NCBI GenBank assembly: GCA_019358935.1 | Contig: JAHHIK010000013.1 | Coordinates: forward strand, 1 to 64,000 | From: Tolypothrix carrinoi HA7290-LM1 | Lineage (GTDB): Bacteria; Cyanobacteriota; Cyanobacteriia; Cyanobacteriales; Nostocaceae | Length of the DNA: 64,000 nucleotides | Direction of reading: 5' to 3' | Part shown: positions 44,110 through 55,238 of the stretch, in pieces | Layout of the letters: each line of letters begins with the position of its first letter | Numbering within the stretch: the first letter of the stretch is position 1 | The notes under the pieces: model-generated | Told to the model about the DNA's origin: nothing | Databases searched by the model: none | The model's input: only the letters and a program-made list of their open reading frames with translations | Program-made: the position numbers and the translations under genes

Positions 44110-44254
44110 ACGGCAGATGCGTGACTGTCGGCACCGACGGCAGGTGCTACAACGTTCGTGACCTCCCTTCGGGTTCGCCACTACGAATAGACCCAAACCG
44201 ACACCGCGCCCGTGGACTCACCGCAACGCACTGCCTCCCCAACGCACTGCCTCC
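44110..44254 (+). repeat. Nested short dispersed repeat inside an STRR block
   Basis: Outer ACGGCAG...CTGCCTCC encloses a second copy (44137-44238). Confidence 0.75.
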
Positions 44255-44327
44255 CCCATGCCCATTGCCCCATGCCCATTGCGATAGGGCCCCAACCAGA
44301 TGTGTAGCCAGGAAGAGGATTATAAAA

Positions 44328-44813
44328 ATGCAAGCTTGGTTGTCCAAATTTATCCACCGCAAACGGCGTCGGGTTTGTGCTTCTTTGGTGCGAACGTACC
44401 GAGAAATTAGTTCTGCCTCACCAGACGAACTATGGCAAAAGGTAGTAGATTTAGCAGACGTTTCCTGGCATCCAATGCTGAAGAGTACCAATGTTCCCTA
44501 CGGATTAGTACCCAAACCGGGATTGATTTATCAAGCGGTAACACGCTTGTCGCCGATTCCTATCCGTATTTTTGTCGAGCGCGTCAATCCCAGAGAACTT
44601 TTAACTGTACGCGTGCTAGCGATTCCTGGTGTAGAAGAACGAGTGACTTATCAACTAGAGTCCACAGTTTGTGGCACTTGTTTGTCTTATTCTGTAACCC
44701 TACGCGGTTGGTTATCGCCTTTGATTTGGTCGTTTTCTCGTCCTTATAGCGATCGCGTAGCCCGCGCTTTAGTTGATGCTGTAGAAAAGGCAGGATTGCC
44801 AGCAGGGAGTTAG
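44328..44813 (+). CDS. SRPBCC/polyketide cyclase-like protein
   Basis: ASPDELWQKVVDLADVSWHP, YSVTLRGWLSP. Start at MQAWLS; the ORF extension is repeat-derived. Confidence 0.75.
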   Translation: MQAWLSKFIHRKRRRVCASLVRTYREISSASPDELWQKVVDLADVSWHPMLKSTNVPYGLVPKPGLIYQAVTRLSPIPIRIFVERVNPRELLTVRVLAIPGVEERVTYQLESTVCGTCLSYSVTLRGWLSPLIWSFSRPYSDRVARALVDAVEKAGLPAGS

Positions 44814-45013
44814 TGGGGAATGGGGAATGGGTAATGGGAAATGGGTAATGGGGAATGGGTAGGGTTAAAACAACGCTCCAAATAACAACGCTCCACATAA
44901 CAACGCTCCAACGCTCCAACCAACATTCAACAATACCTTCATAAAGTTAAGATGCAAGTAGATCGTAAAAACTATTTGCAAAGATTTATTACAGCGGCAA
45001 GGGTGAAAACACG

Positions 45014-46084
45014 ATGTATGATGTCCTCGATGCTCAGTCGGTTCTAAATGTGCTGCGACCGGTGGAAGATCCAGAACTTCGCAAAAGTCTGGTAGAACTC
45101 AACATGATTCGCAACGTCAAAATTGACGGTGGCAAAGTTAGCTTCACTTTGGTATTAACAACACCCGCCTGTCCTCTACGTGAATTTATCGTTGATGATT
45201 GCCGCAGAGCGGTAAAAAAACTACCAAATGTTACAGATGTAGCTGTAGAAGTCACAGCAGAAACACCTCAGCAAAAAAGCTTACCCGATCGCACTGGCAT
45301 TAGTGGTGTAAAAAACATTATCGCCGTTTCTAGCGGCAAAGGCGGTGTAGGTAAAAGTACGGTAGCTGTGAATGTGGCGGTAGCATTAGCACAAACCGGG
45401 GCAAAAGTTGGCTTACTCGATGCCGATATTTACGGTCCCAACGACCCCACCATGTTAGGGCTGAGTGATGCCCAAATTACTGTCCGTCCTGGCGAAAAAG
45501 GCGAAATCCTGGAACCTGCTTTTAATCACGGTGTCAAGTTAGTCTCTATGGGCTTTTTAATTGACCGAGATCAGCCGGTGATTTGGCGCGGACCAATGCT
45601 GAATGGAGTGATTCGTCAATTTCTCTATCAAGTGCAATGGGGCGAACTCGATTATTTGATTGTGGATATGCCACCGGGTACGGGGGATGCACAGTTAACT
45701 TTGACACAAGCCGTGCCAATGGCGGGGGCAGTAATTGTCACCACACCGCAAAACGTAGCTTTGTTAGATTCTCGTAAAGGCTTGCGGATGTTTCAGCAGA
45801 TGAACGTGCCAGTTTTGGGGATAGTGGAAAATATGAGTTATTTTATACCCCCAGATATGCCAGATAAGCAATATGACATTTTTGGTTCTGGTGGTGGTGA
45901 GAAAACTGCTGCGGAGTTGGGTGTACCGTTGCTGGGGTGCGTACCCTTAGAGATTTGTACCAGAGTTGGGGGTGATAGCGGTGTGCCGATTGTTGTTGGC
46001 GAACCAGATTCAGCTAGTGCAAAAGCATTGTATGCGATCGCCCTCACCATCGCTGGCAAAGTATCAGTTGCTGCCCTAACATAG
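45014..46084 (+). CDS. mrp: Mrp/NBP35 Fe-S cluster carrier ATPase
   Basis: TTPACP, SGKGGVGKST, DADIYGP, DMPPGTGD, VENMS. Confidence 0.95.
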   Translation: MYDVLDAQSVLNVLRPVEDPELRKSLVELNMIRNVKIDGGKVSFTLVLTTPACPLREFIVDDCRRAVKKLPNVTDVAVEVTAETPQQKSLPDRTGISGVKNIIAVSSGKGGVGKSTVAVNVAVALAQTGAKVGLLDADIYGPNDPTMLGLSDAQITVRPGEKGEILEPAFNHGVKLVSMGFLIDRDQPVIWRGPMLNGVIRQFLYQVQWGELDYLIVDMPPGTGDAQLTLTQAVPMAGAVIVTTPQNVALLDSRKGLRMFQQMNVPVLGIVENMSYFIPPDMPDKQYDIFGSGGGEKTAAELGVPLLGCVPLEICTRVGGDSGVPIVVGEPDSASAKALYAIALTIAGKVSVAALT

Positions 46085-46184
46085 AATTTTAATTTTTATC
46101 TGGTTCCCCATCCGCAACCGGGGAATACAGATTTAAAATGCTGACTAAATTTAAAATCTAAAACCTAAAGTCTAAAATCACACA

Positions 46185-47510
46185 ATGTTGTTAAAAAGGT
46201 CGTCCAAAAAGTCTGTACCAAAAATTCGCTGGCAGCAATGGGTTAAACCCTGGCAGCAAACAGACTGGCTGCTATTTAGCTTACCAATTGCCATCACTCT
46301 ATTTGGTGGCATTATGATCAAAAGTACCGAATTGAACCAAGGACTCACTGACTGGTGGTGGCACTGGCTGATGGGTGGCATTGGTACCGTAATAGCCCTG
46401 ATCCTTGCCCGCATCCGCTACGAAAATCTGATTCAGTGGCACTGGATAACTTATACAATAACCAATATCAGCTTGATCGCCGTCACGGTAGCTGGTCAGA
46501 GCGCCAAAGGAGCACAACGGTGGGTTAGTATCGCAGGGATTCCCATACAACCCTCGGAATTTGCCAAAATAGGATTAATTATCACCCTAGCGGCTTTGTT
46601 ACACAAGCGCAGCGCTTCTCAAATAGATAATGTTTTCCGCGCTTTGGCAATTACCGCCATTCCTTGGGCATTAGTATTTATACAACCTGATTTGGCAACA
46701 TCACTGGTATTTGGAGCGATCGTTTTAGGAATGTTGTACTGGGCAAATGCTAACCCAGGCTGGTTAATATTGATGATTTCTCCCATCGTCGCTGCAATTT
46801 TGTTTAGTACACCTTGGCCCCTTTCAGCGCCGATAGTTTTGTTTGACCAACTATCTTTGGGACCTTTAGGATTAATTTGGTCAGCCGCTATGGGTGTACT
46901 AGGCTTTTTGACTCTCCCCTGGCGTCGATTTGGTATCAGCGGCATCAGTGCATGGATTCTGAACATGCTAGGCGGCGAAATAGGTGTCTTTGTCTGGAAC
47001 CATGTATTGAAAGATTATCAAAAAGGTCGGATCACCTCATTTCTCAATCCCGATGCCGACCCTCTGGGAACAGGATATCACCTGATTCAATCTCGAATTG
47101 CCATTGGTGCTGGGGGAATTTGGGGATGGGGACTAAATAAGGGTCCGATGACTCAACTAAATTTCGTTCCCGAACAGCATACAGACTTTATATTCTCTGC
47201 TGTGGGCGAAGAATTCGGTTTGATTGGTTGTTTGCTATTGCTGGTTGTCTTCTGCTTTGTTTGTCTGCGATTATTACATATTGCTCAAACCGCTAAAGAT
47301 AATTTTGGTTCGTTATTGGCTATTGGCGTTTTGTCGATGATCGTCTTTCAGCTAATTGTTAACGTTGGCATGACGGTTGGTTTAGCACCGGTGGCGGGGA
47401 TTCCCCTACCTTGGATGAGTTACGGTCGTTCTGCCATGTTGAGCAACTTCATCGCCTTGGGACTAGTAGAATCAGTAGCGAATTTTCGTCAACAGAGGCA
47501 GAGATATTAG
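46185..47510 (+). CDS. rodA: Rod shape-determining protein RodA
   Basis: GAQRW, QPSEFAK, QPDL, PEQHTDFIFS, GIPLPWMSYG. Confidence 0.93.
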   Translation: MLLKRSSKKSVPKIRWQQWVKPWQQTDWLLFSLPIAITLFGGIMIKSTELNQGLTDWWWHWLMGGIGTVIALILARIRYENLIQWHWITYTITNISLIAVTVAGQSAKGAQRWVSIAGIPIQPSEFAKIGLIITLAALLHKRSASQIDNVFRALAITAIPWALVFIQPDLATSLVFGAIVLGMLYWANANPGWLILMISPIVAAILFSTPWPLSAPIVLFDQLSLGPLGLIWSAAMGVLGFLTLPWRRFGISGISAWILNMLGGEIGVFVWNHVLKDYQKGRITSFLNPDADPLGTGYHLIQSRIAIGAGGIWGWGLNKGPMTQLNFVPEQHTDFIFSAVGEEFGLIGCLLLLVVFCFVCLRLLHIAQTAKDNFGSLLAIGVLSMIVFQLIVNVGMTVGLAPVAGIPLPWMSYGRSAMLSNFIALGLVESVANFRQQRQRY

Positions 47511-47571
47511 TTAGGAGGTTGGTGGTTAGTGGTTAGTGGTTAGTGGGAATTTGAAGAGGGGAAAAGGGGAA

Positions 47572-47648
47572 ATGCCCAATGCCCAATGCCCAATGCCCAA
47601 TGCCCAATGCCCAATGCCCAATGCCCAATGCCCAATGCCCAATGCCCA
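47572..47648. repeat. ATGCCCA heptamer tandem (~11 copies)
   Basis: Directly visible. Confidence 0.9.
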
Positions 47649-47715
47649 CTAACAACCATCCACCAACAACCAACAACTATTAAGCTATTAATAGGAAACA
47701 AGCGAGGTTAAAATC

Positions 47716-47913
47716 ATGATCCTGCCAGGAGCGACTGTTCGTGTTAAGAATCCCGCAGATACTTATTATCGCTTTGAGGGACTCGTGCAACGGGTGAGTG
47801 ATGGCAAGGTAGCCGTACTGTTTGAAGGTGGTAACTGGGATAAGTTAATCACCTTTCGTCTCAGCGAATTGGATCTTGTAGAAACCACTGCCGGACGGAA
47901 AAAAGCGAAATAA
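47716..47913 (+). CDS. ndhS: NDH-1 complex subunit NdhS
   Basis: [10 protein letters not shown]...[21 protein letters not shown]. Confidence 0.93.
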   Translation: MILPGATVRVKNPADTYYRFEGLVQRVSDGKVAVLFEGGNWDKLITFRLSELDLVETTAGRKKAK

Positions 47914-48001
47914 ACGCACATTAGTTAGGAGTTAGGAGTGAGGAGTTAAGAGAACTCATAACTCATAACTCATAACTCATAACTCATAACTCATAACTCT
48001 T

Positions 48002-48658
48002 ATGCGCCTTCCTTTACCACAGTTTGTCACAGGCGATCGCCACCCCAACCACATTGCGGAGGTGATCGAAACTACTACTACCGAATTTTTGGCACAGTGT
48101 CTGGAACCTGAAGATTTGAGCTTCCCGCCCATGCCACCATTCGGTAGCTGGGTTTGTTCTGTGGATGAAGAATCCGGCAATCAAGTTTACGCTTTGGTGT
48201 ATTATGCGACAACAATGCCCATAGATTCCGTACACAGGGCAAGAGCTTTAGGGTTGTCGTTGCAGGATTTGCGAGAGGAACAACCCCAGATATTCGCCAT
48301 GCTGAAAACAGAATTTCGGGCGGCGATCGTCGGATTTGAACAGCCATCTGGCAGCATAAGTTATAACAATCGGGTGTATCAATATCTACCACCGCGTCCG
48401 CCACAAATTCATCAAGCTGTTTATCGATGCGAACCAGAAGCGATCGTTAAATTCACCGAAGAGCTAGATTTTTTGCGGACATTACTTTTTGTAAACGGTG
48501 CGCCAGTAGACTCATTAACCGCAGCGGCGATTAGAGAAGTGTACCAGTTACGCAAAGCCGATAGACAATGGTTAATCAAAGCCGGTAGAACCTTAAGTGT
48601 GCTGCTCAAAGACGATTACGATCGCTTGCGATTTATCCTCAGCCAAATCCACCCATAG
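48002..48658 (+). CDS. HAS-barrel domain protein
   Basis: IAEVIETTTTEFLAQC, PPFGSWV, PPRPPQIHQ. Confidence 0.75.
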   Translation: MRLPLPQFVTGDRHPNHIAEVIETTTTEFLAQCLEPEDLSFPPMPPFGSWVCSVDEESGNQVYALVYYATTMPIDSVHRARALGLSLQDLREEQPQIFAMLKTEFRAAIVGFEQPSGSISYNNRVYQYLPPRPPQIHQAVYRCEPEAIVKFTEELDFLRTLLFVNGAPVDSLTAAAIREVYQLRKADRQWLIKAGRTLSVLLKDDYDRLRFILSQIHP

Positions 48659-48812
48659 GTAGGATCGCATATGCGATCGCCTCGATGATGTAAGTCAAAT
48701 TTTCTCACTTTTTCATTTTCTCCAGGGTGGATGATTGATTTATTTTCACAGCGAACAATTGCCTTGGGGCAATTGTCGCTTCACCAAGCTTGCGAACATA
48801 CAAGTCCTACCT

Positions 48813-50966
48813 ATGGAACTCCAGTCCCTAGTTCTTGCTTTAGAACCAACAAACCAAGTTCTCGGCAACGAACCAATTGTTCCCTTTGCCATTTTATTAG
48901 TGGTTATCTTAGTTGTGCCGATTCTATTTGAGCGGCTAAGACTACCCGGATTAGTAGGTTTAGTTTTTTCGGGGGTAGTACTTGGTCCATCAGGTTGGAA
49001 TGTATTCCAGCCTGATTCGCCAACTATCAATTTGCTATCAGATATCGGGTTAGTCTACTTGATGTTTATAGCGGGGTTAGAAGTTGACTTAGAACAATTC
49101 CGCCGTCAGAAAAGTCGTTCTTTTGGATTTGCTAGCTTCACCTTTTTTATCCCCCTAGCCTTCGGAACCTTAATCGGGCAGATTTTTGGTTTTAGCGGCA
49201 ATGCTTCTCTCTTAATTGGCTCAATGTTTGCTTCCTACACTTTGTTGGCATATCCGCTTATCAATCGCTTGGGAATAGTCAAAAATCAAGCTGTCAGCGT
49301 CACCATTGGAGCCACTATTTTTACTAACATCGGCGCACTGGTGGTGTTATCTCTGTGTATAGCCGTTCATGCTAAACAATTCAGCTATTGGGGGCTAATA
49401 ACTTTATTTAATTCCTTAATTATTTACTTAATCCTTGTATTAGTCGGCTTTGATTGGGCGGGGAAAGAATTTTTTCGGCGATCTGGAGACGATGAGGGAA
49501 ACCAATTTTTATTTGTATTGCTTTGCATATTTCTTGCCGCTGTCGGTGCTCAATTAATCGGAGTAGAAAAAATCGTTGGAGCCTTTTTAGCAGGTTTGGC
49601 GGTAAATGGTGTCCTCGCTTCTGGACCAGTCAAAGAAAAGGTAATGTTCGTTGGTAGCGTGCTGTTCATTCCTATTTTCTTTGTTCACCTTGGCTCATTA
49701 ATTAATTTGCCAGCTGCCAACAACTTTAGCACGCTGAAGCTAACCCTATTTATTGTAATTGGTTTATTGTTGTGCAAATTTATCGCCGCTTTTTTAGCGA
49801 AACTAGTTTACCGCTATAACTGGCAAGAAATGTTAATGATGTGGTCGCTGAGTCTACCCCAAGTGGGTGCGACATTAGCGGCAACATTAGTGGGATATCG
49901 GGCGGAGTTGTTACCGATATGGGTATTAAATAGTGTTGTTAGCTTAATGCTGGTGACATCAACCGTAGGACCGTTGATTACCAATCGCCTTGCTGCTGGT
50001 TTGGCTTCATCATCTGTTGAGCAGCACGCAACTACAACACCGCCGTATCAAAATAAAGAGAAAAAGGCCAGTAATTTTACTATAGTCGTACCTATTTACA
50101 ATCCGCAAACTCAGCAATATTTGATTGAAATGGCGGCATTATTAGCACGTCAGGAAAATGGCAAAATTATACCATTAGCGATCGCTACTGCGGCGGCTCA
50201 CATGGATGCGCCGCAGTTAGAAGTTTCTCTGCAACGCAGTGAACGCTTACTTTCCAAAGCCACCGCTCAAAGTCAAGTATTGAGCGTAGAAGCAGAACCA
50301 TTACTGCGAATTGATGATGCTTTTGGTCAAGGTATCAGCAGAGCTGCTCGCGAACAAAAAGCTAATTTAATTGTTATGGGTTGGGGCAAACGGACTGGGC
50401 TGAGAGCGCGTTTATTTGGTAATGTGATTGACAGCGTTCTCTGGGCATCTCATTGTCCGGTAGCGGTGACACGTTTAGTAGAATCACCTCGAAAAATTCA
50501 GCGAATTTTAGTGCCCGTAGAAAACCTGATAACACCATCATTGCACCCCGTTCAATTTGCGATCGCCTTAGCACAAGCAAATCAAGCGCAAGTTACCGTC
50601 TTGAATGTATGCGATCGCCGCACTAGTTCCAGTAAAATCGCTTCTAGGCGATCGCAACTTGGCTTATTAGTATCTAAATTAGCTTTGCCCAATCCCCCAG
50701 AAGTTCAAATCATTGCCCATGAAAACGTTGCCCAAGCAATTTTGCAGGCAGCGCGATTATATGATTTAGTAGTGTTACCTTTTATACGCAATCGCACAAG
50801 TCCCGGTGGATTAGCCATTAGTGATGTCACTACCCAGTTAGCCAGACAACTCACCTGCTCTATCGTCATGCTTGGCGAACCAGAACGCAATCCCACAGCA
50901 GCTTTGCCTACAGCAGTTTCCAATACTACAGCGGTAATTGGTAACGCGGTAATTGGTAATGGGTAA
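48813..50966 (+). CDS. Cation:proton antiporter (CPA2) with C-terminal USP-like domains
   Basis: Multiple TM segments, LMFIAGLEVD, GAFLAGL, LFIPIFF. C-terminal LIVMGW and FGNVIDSVL..SHCPV. Confidence 0.9.
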   Translation: MELQSLVLALEPTNQVLGNEPIVPFAILLVVILVVPILFERLRLPGLVGLVFSGVVLGPSGWNVFQPDSPTINLLSDIGLVYLMFIAGLEVDLEQFRRQKSRSFGFASFTFFIPLAFGTLIGQIFGFSGNASLLIGSMFASYTLLAYPLINRLGIVKNQAVSVTIGATIFTNIGALVVLSLCIAVHAKQFSYWGLITLFNSLIIYLILVLVGFDWAGKEFFRRSGDDEGNQFLFVLLCIFLAAVGAQLIGVEKIVGAFLAGLAVNGVLASGPVKEKVMFVGSVLFIPIFFVHLGSLINLPAANNFSTLKLTLFIVIGLLLCKFIAAFLAKLVYRYNWQEMLMMWSLSLPQVGATLAATLVGYRAELLPIWVLNSVVSLMLVTSTVGPLITNRLAAGLASSSVEQHATTTPPYQNKEKKASNFTIVVPIYNPQTQQYLIEMAALLARQENGKIIPLAIATAAAHMDAPQLEVSLQRSERLLSKATAQSQVLSVEAEPLLRIDDAFGQGISRAAREQKANLIVMGWGKRTGLRARLFGNVIDSVLWASHCPVAVTRLVESPRKIQRILVPVENLITPSLHPVQFAIALAQANQAQVTVLNVCDRRTSSSKIASRRSQLGLLVSKLALPNPPEVQIIAHENVAQAILQAARLYDLVVLPFIRNRTSPGGLAISDVTTQLARQLTCSIVMLGEPERNPTAALPTAVSNTTAVIGNAVIGNG

Positions 50967-51303
50967 TTGGTAATTGGTAATTGGAGGAGCAAATTCCCCC
51001 TTGTTCCCCATTGCCCATTGCCCATTGCCCATTGCCCATTGCCCCATTCCCTGTTTCAAAACTTTATATTTTTAAAGATTTTGTAAAGTATTGCGGAAAA
51101 GCCCAGATTACGCTATCAATGTTTGTTATTTTGCTAAGTGAATTGTGAAGTAATCAACTGCTTGATTGCATCTAGAAGTAAATCGCAAAAGAAAAATACC
51201 TTTTTAATTACCCGTGGAAGTGCTCAATTTTTGTTATCAGGCTGGGTACTCTAAAAACAGGCGCGATTGCACTTTGCAAAAATATGTAAGTAACTGGTAA
51301 ATT

Positions 51304-52260
51304 ATGAGAATTTTGGTGACAGGCGGTGCTGGGTTCCTTGGTTCCCATCTAATCGACAGACTAATGGCTGATGGGCATGAAGTTATCTGTTTGGATAACT
51401 TCTATACAGGTAACAAAAATAACATCCTCCAATGGATGAATCATCCATACTTTGAACTCATCCGCCACGACATCACCGAACCAATTCGGTTAGAAGTGGA
51501 TCAAATTTATCATCTGGCTTGTCCTGCTTCCCCAGTACATTACCAGTACAATCCAGTCAAAACAGTCAAAACCAACGTTATCGGCACGTTGAATATGCTG
51601 GGGTTGGCTAAACGTGTCAAAGCACGATTTTTCTTAGCTTCAACAAGCGAAGTGTACGGAGATCCAGAAGTTCATCCGCAAACTGAAGAATATAGAGGTA
51701 GCGTCAATCCCATCGGGCTGCGTTCATGTTACGACGAAGGCAAACGAATTGCGGAAACTTTGGCATTTGACTACTACAGACAAAATAAAGTTGATATTCG
51801 GGTTGTCCGTATTTTCAACACCTATGGTCCTCGGATGTTAGAAAATGATGGTCGGGTAGTAAGTAACTTTATCGTTCAAGCTTTACGGGGCGAACCTTTG
51901 ACAATATATGGGGATGGTTCGCAAACCCGTAGTTTCTGCTACGTTTCCGACTTGATCGAAGGATTTTTACGGTTGATGAAGAGTGACTACGTAGGTCCAG
52001 TAAATATAGGCAATCCTGGTGAATATACTATCTTAGAATTAGCCCAAGCCGTGCAAACCCTGATAAATCCGGATGCAGAAATAAAATTTGAGCCTTTGCC
52101 TTCTGACGATCCGCGTCGCCGGCGTCCCGATATTACCAAAGCAAAAACTTTGTTAAATTGGGAACCTACCGTTCCTCTTCAAGAGGGGTTAAAACTGACT
52201 GTAGAAGATTTCCGCGATCGCATCAAAGGTAACCAACAATCAATAGTCAACAGTCAATAG
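51304..52260 (+). CDS. UDP-glucuronic acid decarboxylase family (extended SDR)
   Basis: [39 protein letters not shown]. Confidence 0.93.
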   Translation: MRILVTGGAGFLGSHLIDRLMADGHEVICLDNFYTGNKNNILQWMNHPYFELIRHDITEPIRLEVDQIYHLACPASPVHYQYNPVKTVKTNVIGTLNMLGLAKRVKARFFLASTSEVYGDPEVHPQTEEYRGSVNPIGLRSCYDEGKRIAETLAFDYYRQNKVDIRVVRIFNTYGPRMLENDGRVVSNFIVQALRGEPLTIYGDGSQTRSFCYVSDLIEGFLRLMKSDYVGPVNIGNPGEYTILELAQAVQTLINPDAEIKFEPLPSDDPRRRRPDITKAKTLLNWEPTVPLQEGLKLTVEDFRDRIKGNQQSIVNSQ

Positions 52261-52357
52261 TCAAAAAACTATTAATTATGGACTCTGGACTACAAACCTT
52301 TGACAGCTGAAAACTTCTCTTTGACGACTAACCCCAAAAAAGTAAGGAACTAACAAA

Positions 52358-53749
52358 ATGCGTGTTTGTGTAATTGGTACTGGCTACGTTGGTTTGGTGA
52401 CAGGCGCTTGCTTGGCTCATATTGGACATAGTGTAATTTGTGTAGACAACAACGAAGAAAAAGTCAAGTTAATGAAGTCTGGACAGTCGCCAATTTTCGA
52501 GCCGGGACTCTCGGAAATTATGCAGTCTGCCATTCAATCGGGTAATATTGAGTTCACAACTGACATCAGTGCAGGCGTTTCTCACGGGGAAATTTTGTTT
52601 ATTGCTGTGGGAACACCACCCTTACCCACTGGTGAAAGTGATACCCGTTACGTTGAGGCTGTAGCCCGTGGTATTGGCGCAAATCTTGACGGTGGTTATA
52701 AGGTCATTGTCAACAAATCTACAGTGCCTATTGGCTCAGGTGACTGGGTGCGGATGCTTGTTATGGATGGTATCGCTGAACGCCAAAAAACATTAGTTAC
52801 CGCAGGTGGGGCTGCAATTGAAGAGAAATTGCCTGAGTATGCATCTCAGTTTGATGTAGTCAGCAATCCAGAGTTTTTGCGCGAAGGTTCGGCAGTGTAC
52901 GACACCTTTAACCCCGATCGCATTGTCTTGGGTGGTAACTCTCCAAGAGCGATCGGCATGATGAAAGAATTGTATGCCCCAATTGTCGAGCGCAACTTTG
53001 CTGAGGATAAATCTTTACCTCAAGTGCCAGTATTGGCTACAGATTTAAGCTCGGCAGAAATGATTAAATATGCTGCTAACGCTTTTCTGGCAACCAAGAT
53101 TAGTTTTATTAACGAAGTTGCGAATATTTGCGATCGCGTTGGTGCTGATATTACCCAAGTAGCAAAAGGTATCGGTTTAGATTCTCGGATTGGTAACAAA
53201 TTCTTGCAAGCTGGTATCGGCTGGGGTGGTTCTTGCTTCCCGAAAGATGTTTCTGCCCTGGTTCATACTGCTGATGACTACGGCTATGAAGCTCAACTGC
53301 TGAAAGCTGCCGTCAGCGTCAACGAACGTCAGCGCTTGATTGCTCTAGAAAAACTCCAACAAGCCCTGAAAATCCTCAAAGGCAAAACCGTCGGATTACT
53401 CGGTTTAACCTTTAAGCCCGATACCGACGATTTGCGCGACGCTCCCGCACTCAATTTGATTGAGCAGTTGAACCGACTCGGAGCCAAAGTTAAAGCATAC
53501 GATCCAATTATTTCTCAAACCGGAATGCGTCATGGTCTTTCTGGCGTGTTGGTCGAAACCGACGCGGAACGGCTTGCTGATGGTTGTGATGCTTTAGTAT
53601 TGGTGACTGAATGGCAACAATTCAGCAATCTCGACTACGCGAAAATGGCTAAGTTGATGTGCCACGCGGTAATGATTGACGGTCGTAACTTCCTCGATCC
53701 GGAAAAAATGGTACGGGCTGGGTTCCAATATATAGGCGTTGGACGCTAA
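52358..53749 (+). CDS. ugd: UDP-glucose 6-dehydrogenase
   Basis: GTGYVG, KSTVP, NPEFLREG, GGSCFPKD, FKPDTDD. Confidence 0.95.
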   Translation: MRVCVIGTGYVGLVTGACLAHIGHSVICVDNNEEKVKLMKSGQSPIFEPGLSEIMQSAIQSGNIEFTTDISAGVSHGEILFIAVGTPPLPTGESDTRYVEAVARGIGANLDGGYKVIVNKSTVPIGSGDWVRMLVMDGIAERQKTLVTAGGAAIEEKLPEYASQFDVVSNPEFLREGSAVYDTFNPDRIVLGGNSPRAIGMMKELYAPIVERNFAEDKSLPQVPVLATDLSSAEMIKYAANAFLATKISFINEVANICDRVGADITQVAKGIGLDSRIGNKFLQAGIGWGGSCFPKDVSALVHTADDYGYEAQLLKAAVSVNERQRLIALEKLQQALKILKGKTVGLLGLTFKPDTDDLRDAPALNLIEQLNRLGAKVKAYDPIISQTGMRHGLSGVLVETDAERLADGCDALVLVTEWQQFSNLDYAKMAKLMCHAVMIDGRNFLDPEKMVRAGFQYIGVGR

Positions 53750-53812
53750 ATCGATTTTAGCTAAATTCGGCATTCATCCATTTCTCCCTAGGCTGAATCT
53801 ATTGTGAAGTTA

Positions 53813-53842
53813 ATCCCCCGCTTAAAAAACGGGGGATTTTGT
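53813..53842 (+). terminator. Putative intrinsic terminator
   Basis: AATCCCCCG...CGGGGGATT followed by T residues. Confidence 0.6.
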
Positions 53843-54030
53843 ATTGTTGGTTATCTTTAATACTTTTTATCTTAAGTCCGGCAAATCATACATATTGTAG
53901 AGACGTTTTGGACTGAACGTCTATGCGTGACGGTTGCGGCGTTTTGAAGGAGCGGAAATATTTAATACAAATATAAGAATATCTACTCCTATTTACATAT
54001 ATCTTCAGATTGATGAATATGTGAAAAACT

Positions 54031-54050
54031 TTAGTAACTTAGGTTACTAA
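54031..54050. promoter_or_regulatory. Palindromic operator TTAGTAAC-N4-GTTACTAA
   Basis: Perfect 8-bp arms; contains GTA-N8-TAC. Confidence 0.5.
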
Positions 54051-54297
54051 ATGTCTTTAACAAATCAAAATAATAATGCTGCTCGTTACAGAAGACAAAG
54101 AATACCCCTACAGCAAATCATGGGATCGAGTCTTTATTTGCACAGGTTACGCATTCGTAGCGAGAATTATCCGGCAAGTTGCAATTAAAGGCGAAAATCT
54201 TCTTTATTTAAAATGCAGTGGTGTTTATTAACAGTTGCAAGTCCAAGAATTAGCAATAAATAATTTTTAACAACTAACTTATGAAAAATTGGTCTGT

Positions 54298-55236
54298 ATG
54301 AACTCTAAACCAACTGTACTCATTGCTGGTATCACGGGTATCCTTGGTAGCAAAATCGCTTTAACGATACTAGAAAAAGGCGTAATGAACGTTAAAGGAT
54401 TGATTCGCTCTCATAATATCAGCGACAAAAAGCAACAGCAGTTAGATGACTTAAAGGCGAAAGGAGTTGTTTTTGTTGAAGGTGATTTATTTGACCAACA
54501 AAGTCTGACTGAAGCTTGCCGGGAAGTTGAAATAATTGTCTCCGCAATCAAAGGCAGTAGCAGCCACCAAACCAACTTGTATCGTGAAGATATCGTGCTT
54601 TCCGGGCAGTTAAATCTCTTGGAAGCTGCGATAAATAATAATGTGAAAAAATTTGTCCCTTCCGATTATTCAGTGGATTACTTCAAACTGGATTTGGGCG
54701 ATAACTACAATCTCGACTTTCGCATCAAATTTGCCGAGCTTTTGAAACAGTCAGGACTTGAATATACTTTTATTCTCAACGGTGCTTTTATCGAAGTTCA
54801 ATTATCACCCTTTGCCAAGTTATTTGATTTTGAGGTGGGTACGTTTAGCTACTGGGGTGATGGTGAGCAATTATGTGATTTTACTACATACGATGATACG
54901 GCGAAATATATTGCCGAGGCGATCGCCGATCCGCAAATGGTCAATTCAGCGCTGAAAGTTGCGGGTGATGTCCTCACCATGAAACAATTACTCGCCACCT
55001 TTGAAGAAGTAAAAGGTAAAAAACTGGTTGAAAAACGCTTAGGTAGTGTGGACGATTTAAAAGCCTGGATTGCTAAAACAAAACAAAAAGCCTTCTGCCC
55101 ACTTGAATACATTCCCGAACAGTATCACTACACGATGGTATCGGGCAAAGGCAAACTCGATCAACTTGATAACCCTCGTTATCCCCACATCAAACCGACA
55201 ACAGTCAAACAGTTTATTAGCCAAGGAAATTTTTAG
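54298..55236 (+). CDS. NmrA-family NAD(P)-binding protein
   Basis: VLIAGITGILG, GQLNLLEAA, FVPSDYS. Confidence 0.85.
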   Translation: MNSKPTVLIAGITGILGSKIALTILEKGVMNVKGLIRSHNISDKKQQQLDDLKAKGVVFVEGDLFDQQSLTEACREVEIIVSAIKGSSSHQTNLYREDIVLSGQLNLLEAAINNNVKKFVPSDYSVDYFKLDLGDNYNLDFRIKFAELLKQSGLEYTFILNGAFIEVQLSPFAKLFDFEVGTFSYWGDGEQLCDFTTYDDTAKYIAEAIADPQMVNSALKVAGDVLTMKQLLATFEEVKGKKLVEKRLGSVDDLKAWIAKTKQKAFCPLEYIPEQYHYTMVSGKGKLDQLDNPRYPHIKPTTVKQFISQGNF

Positions 55237-55238
55237 AT

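Noticed and set aside
48002..48658. HAS-barrel gene as part of a HerA/NurA or defence system
   Set aside because: No HerA ATPase or nuclease nearby; it sits in a housekeeping context.
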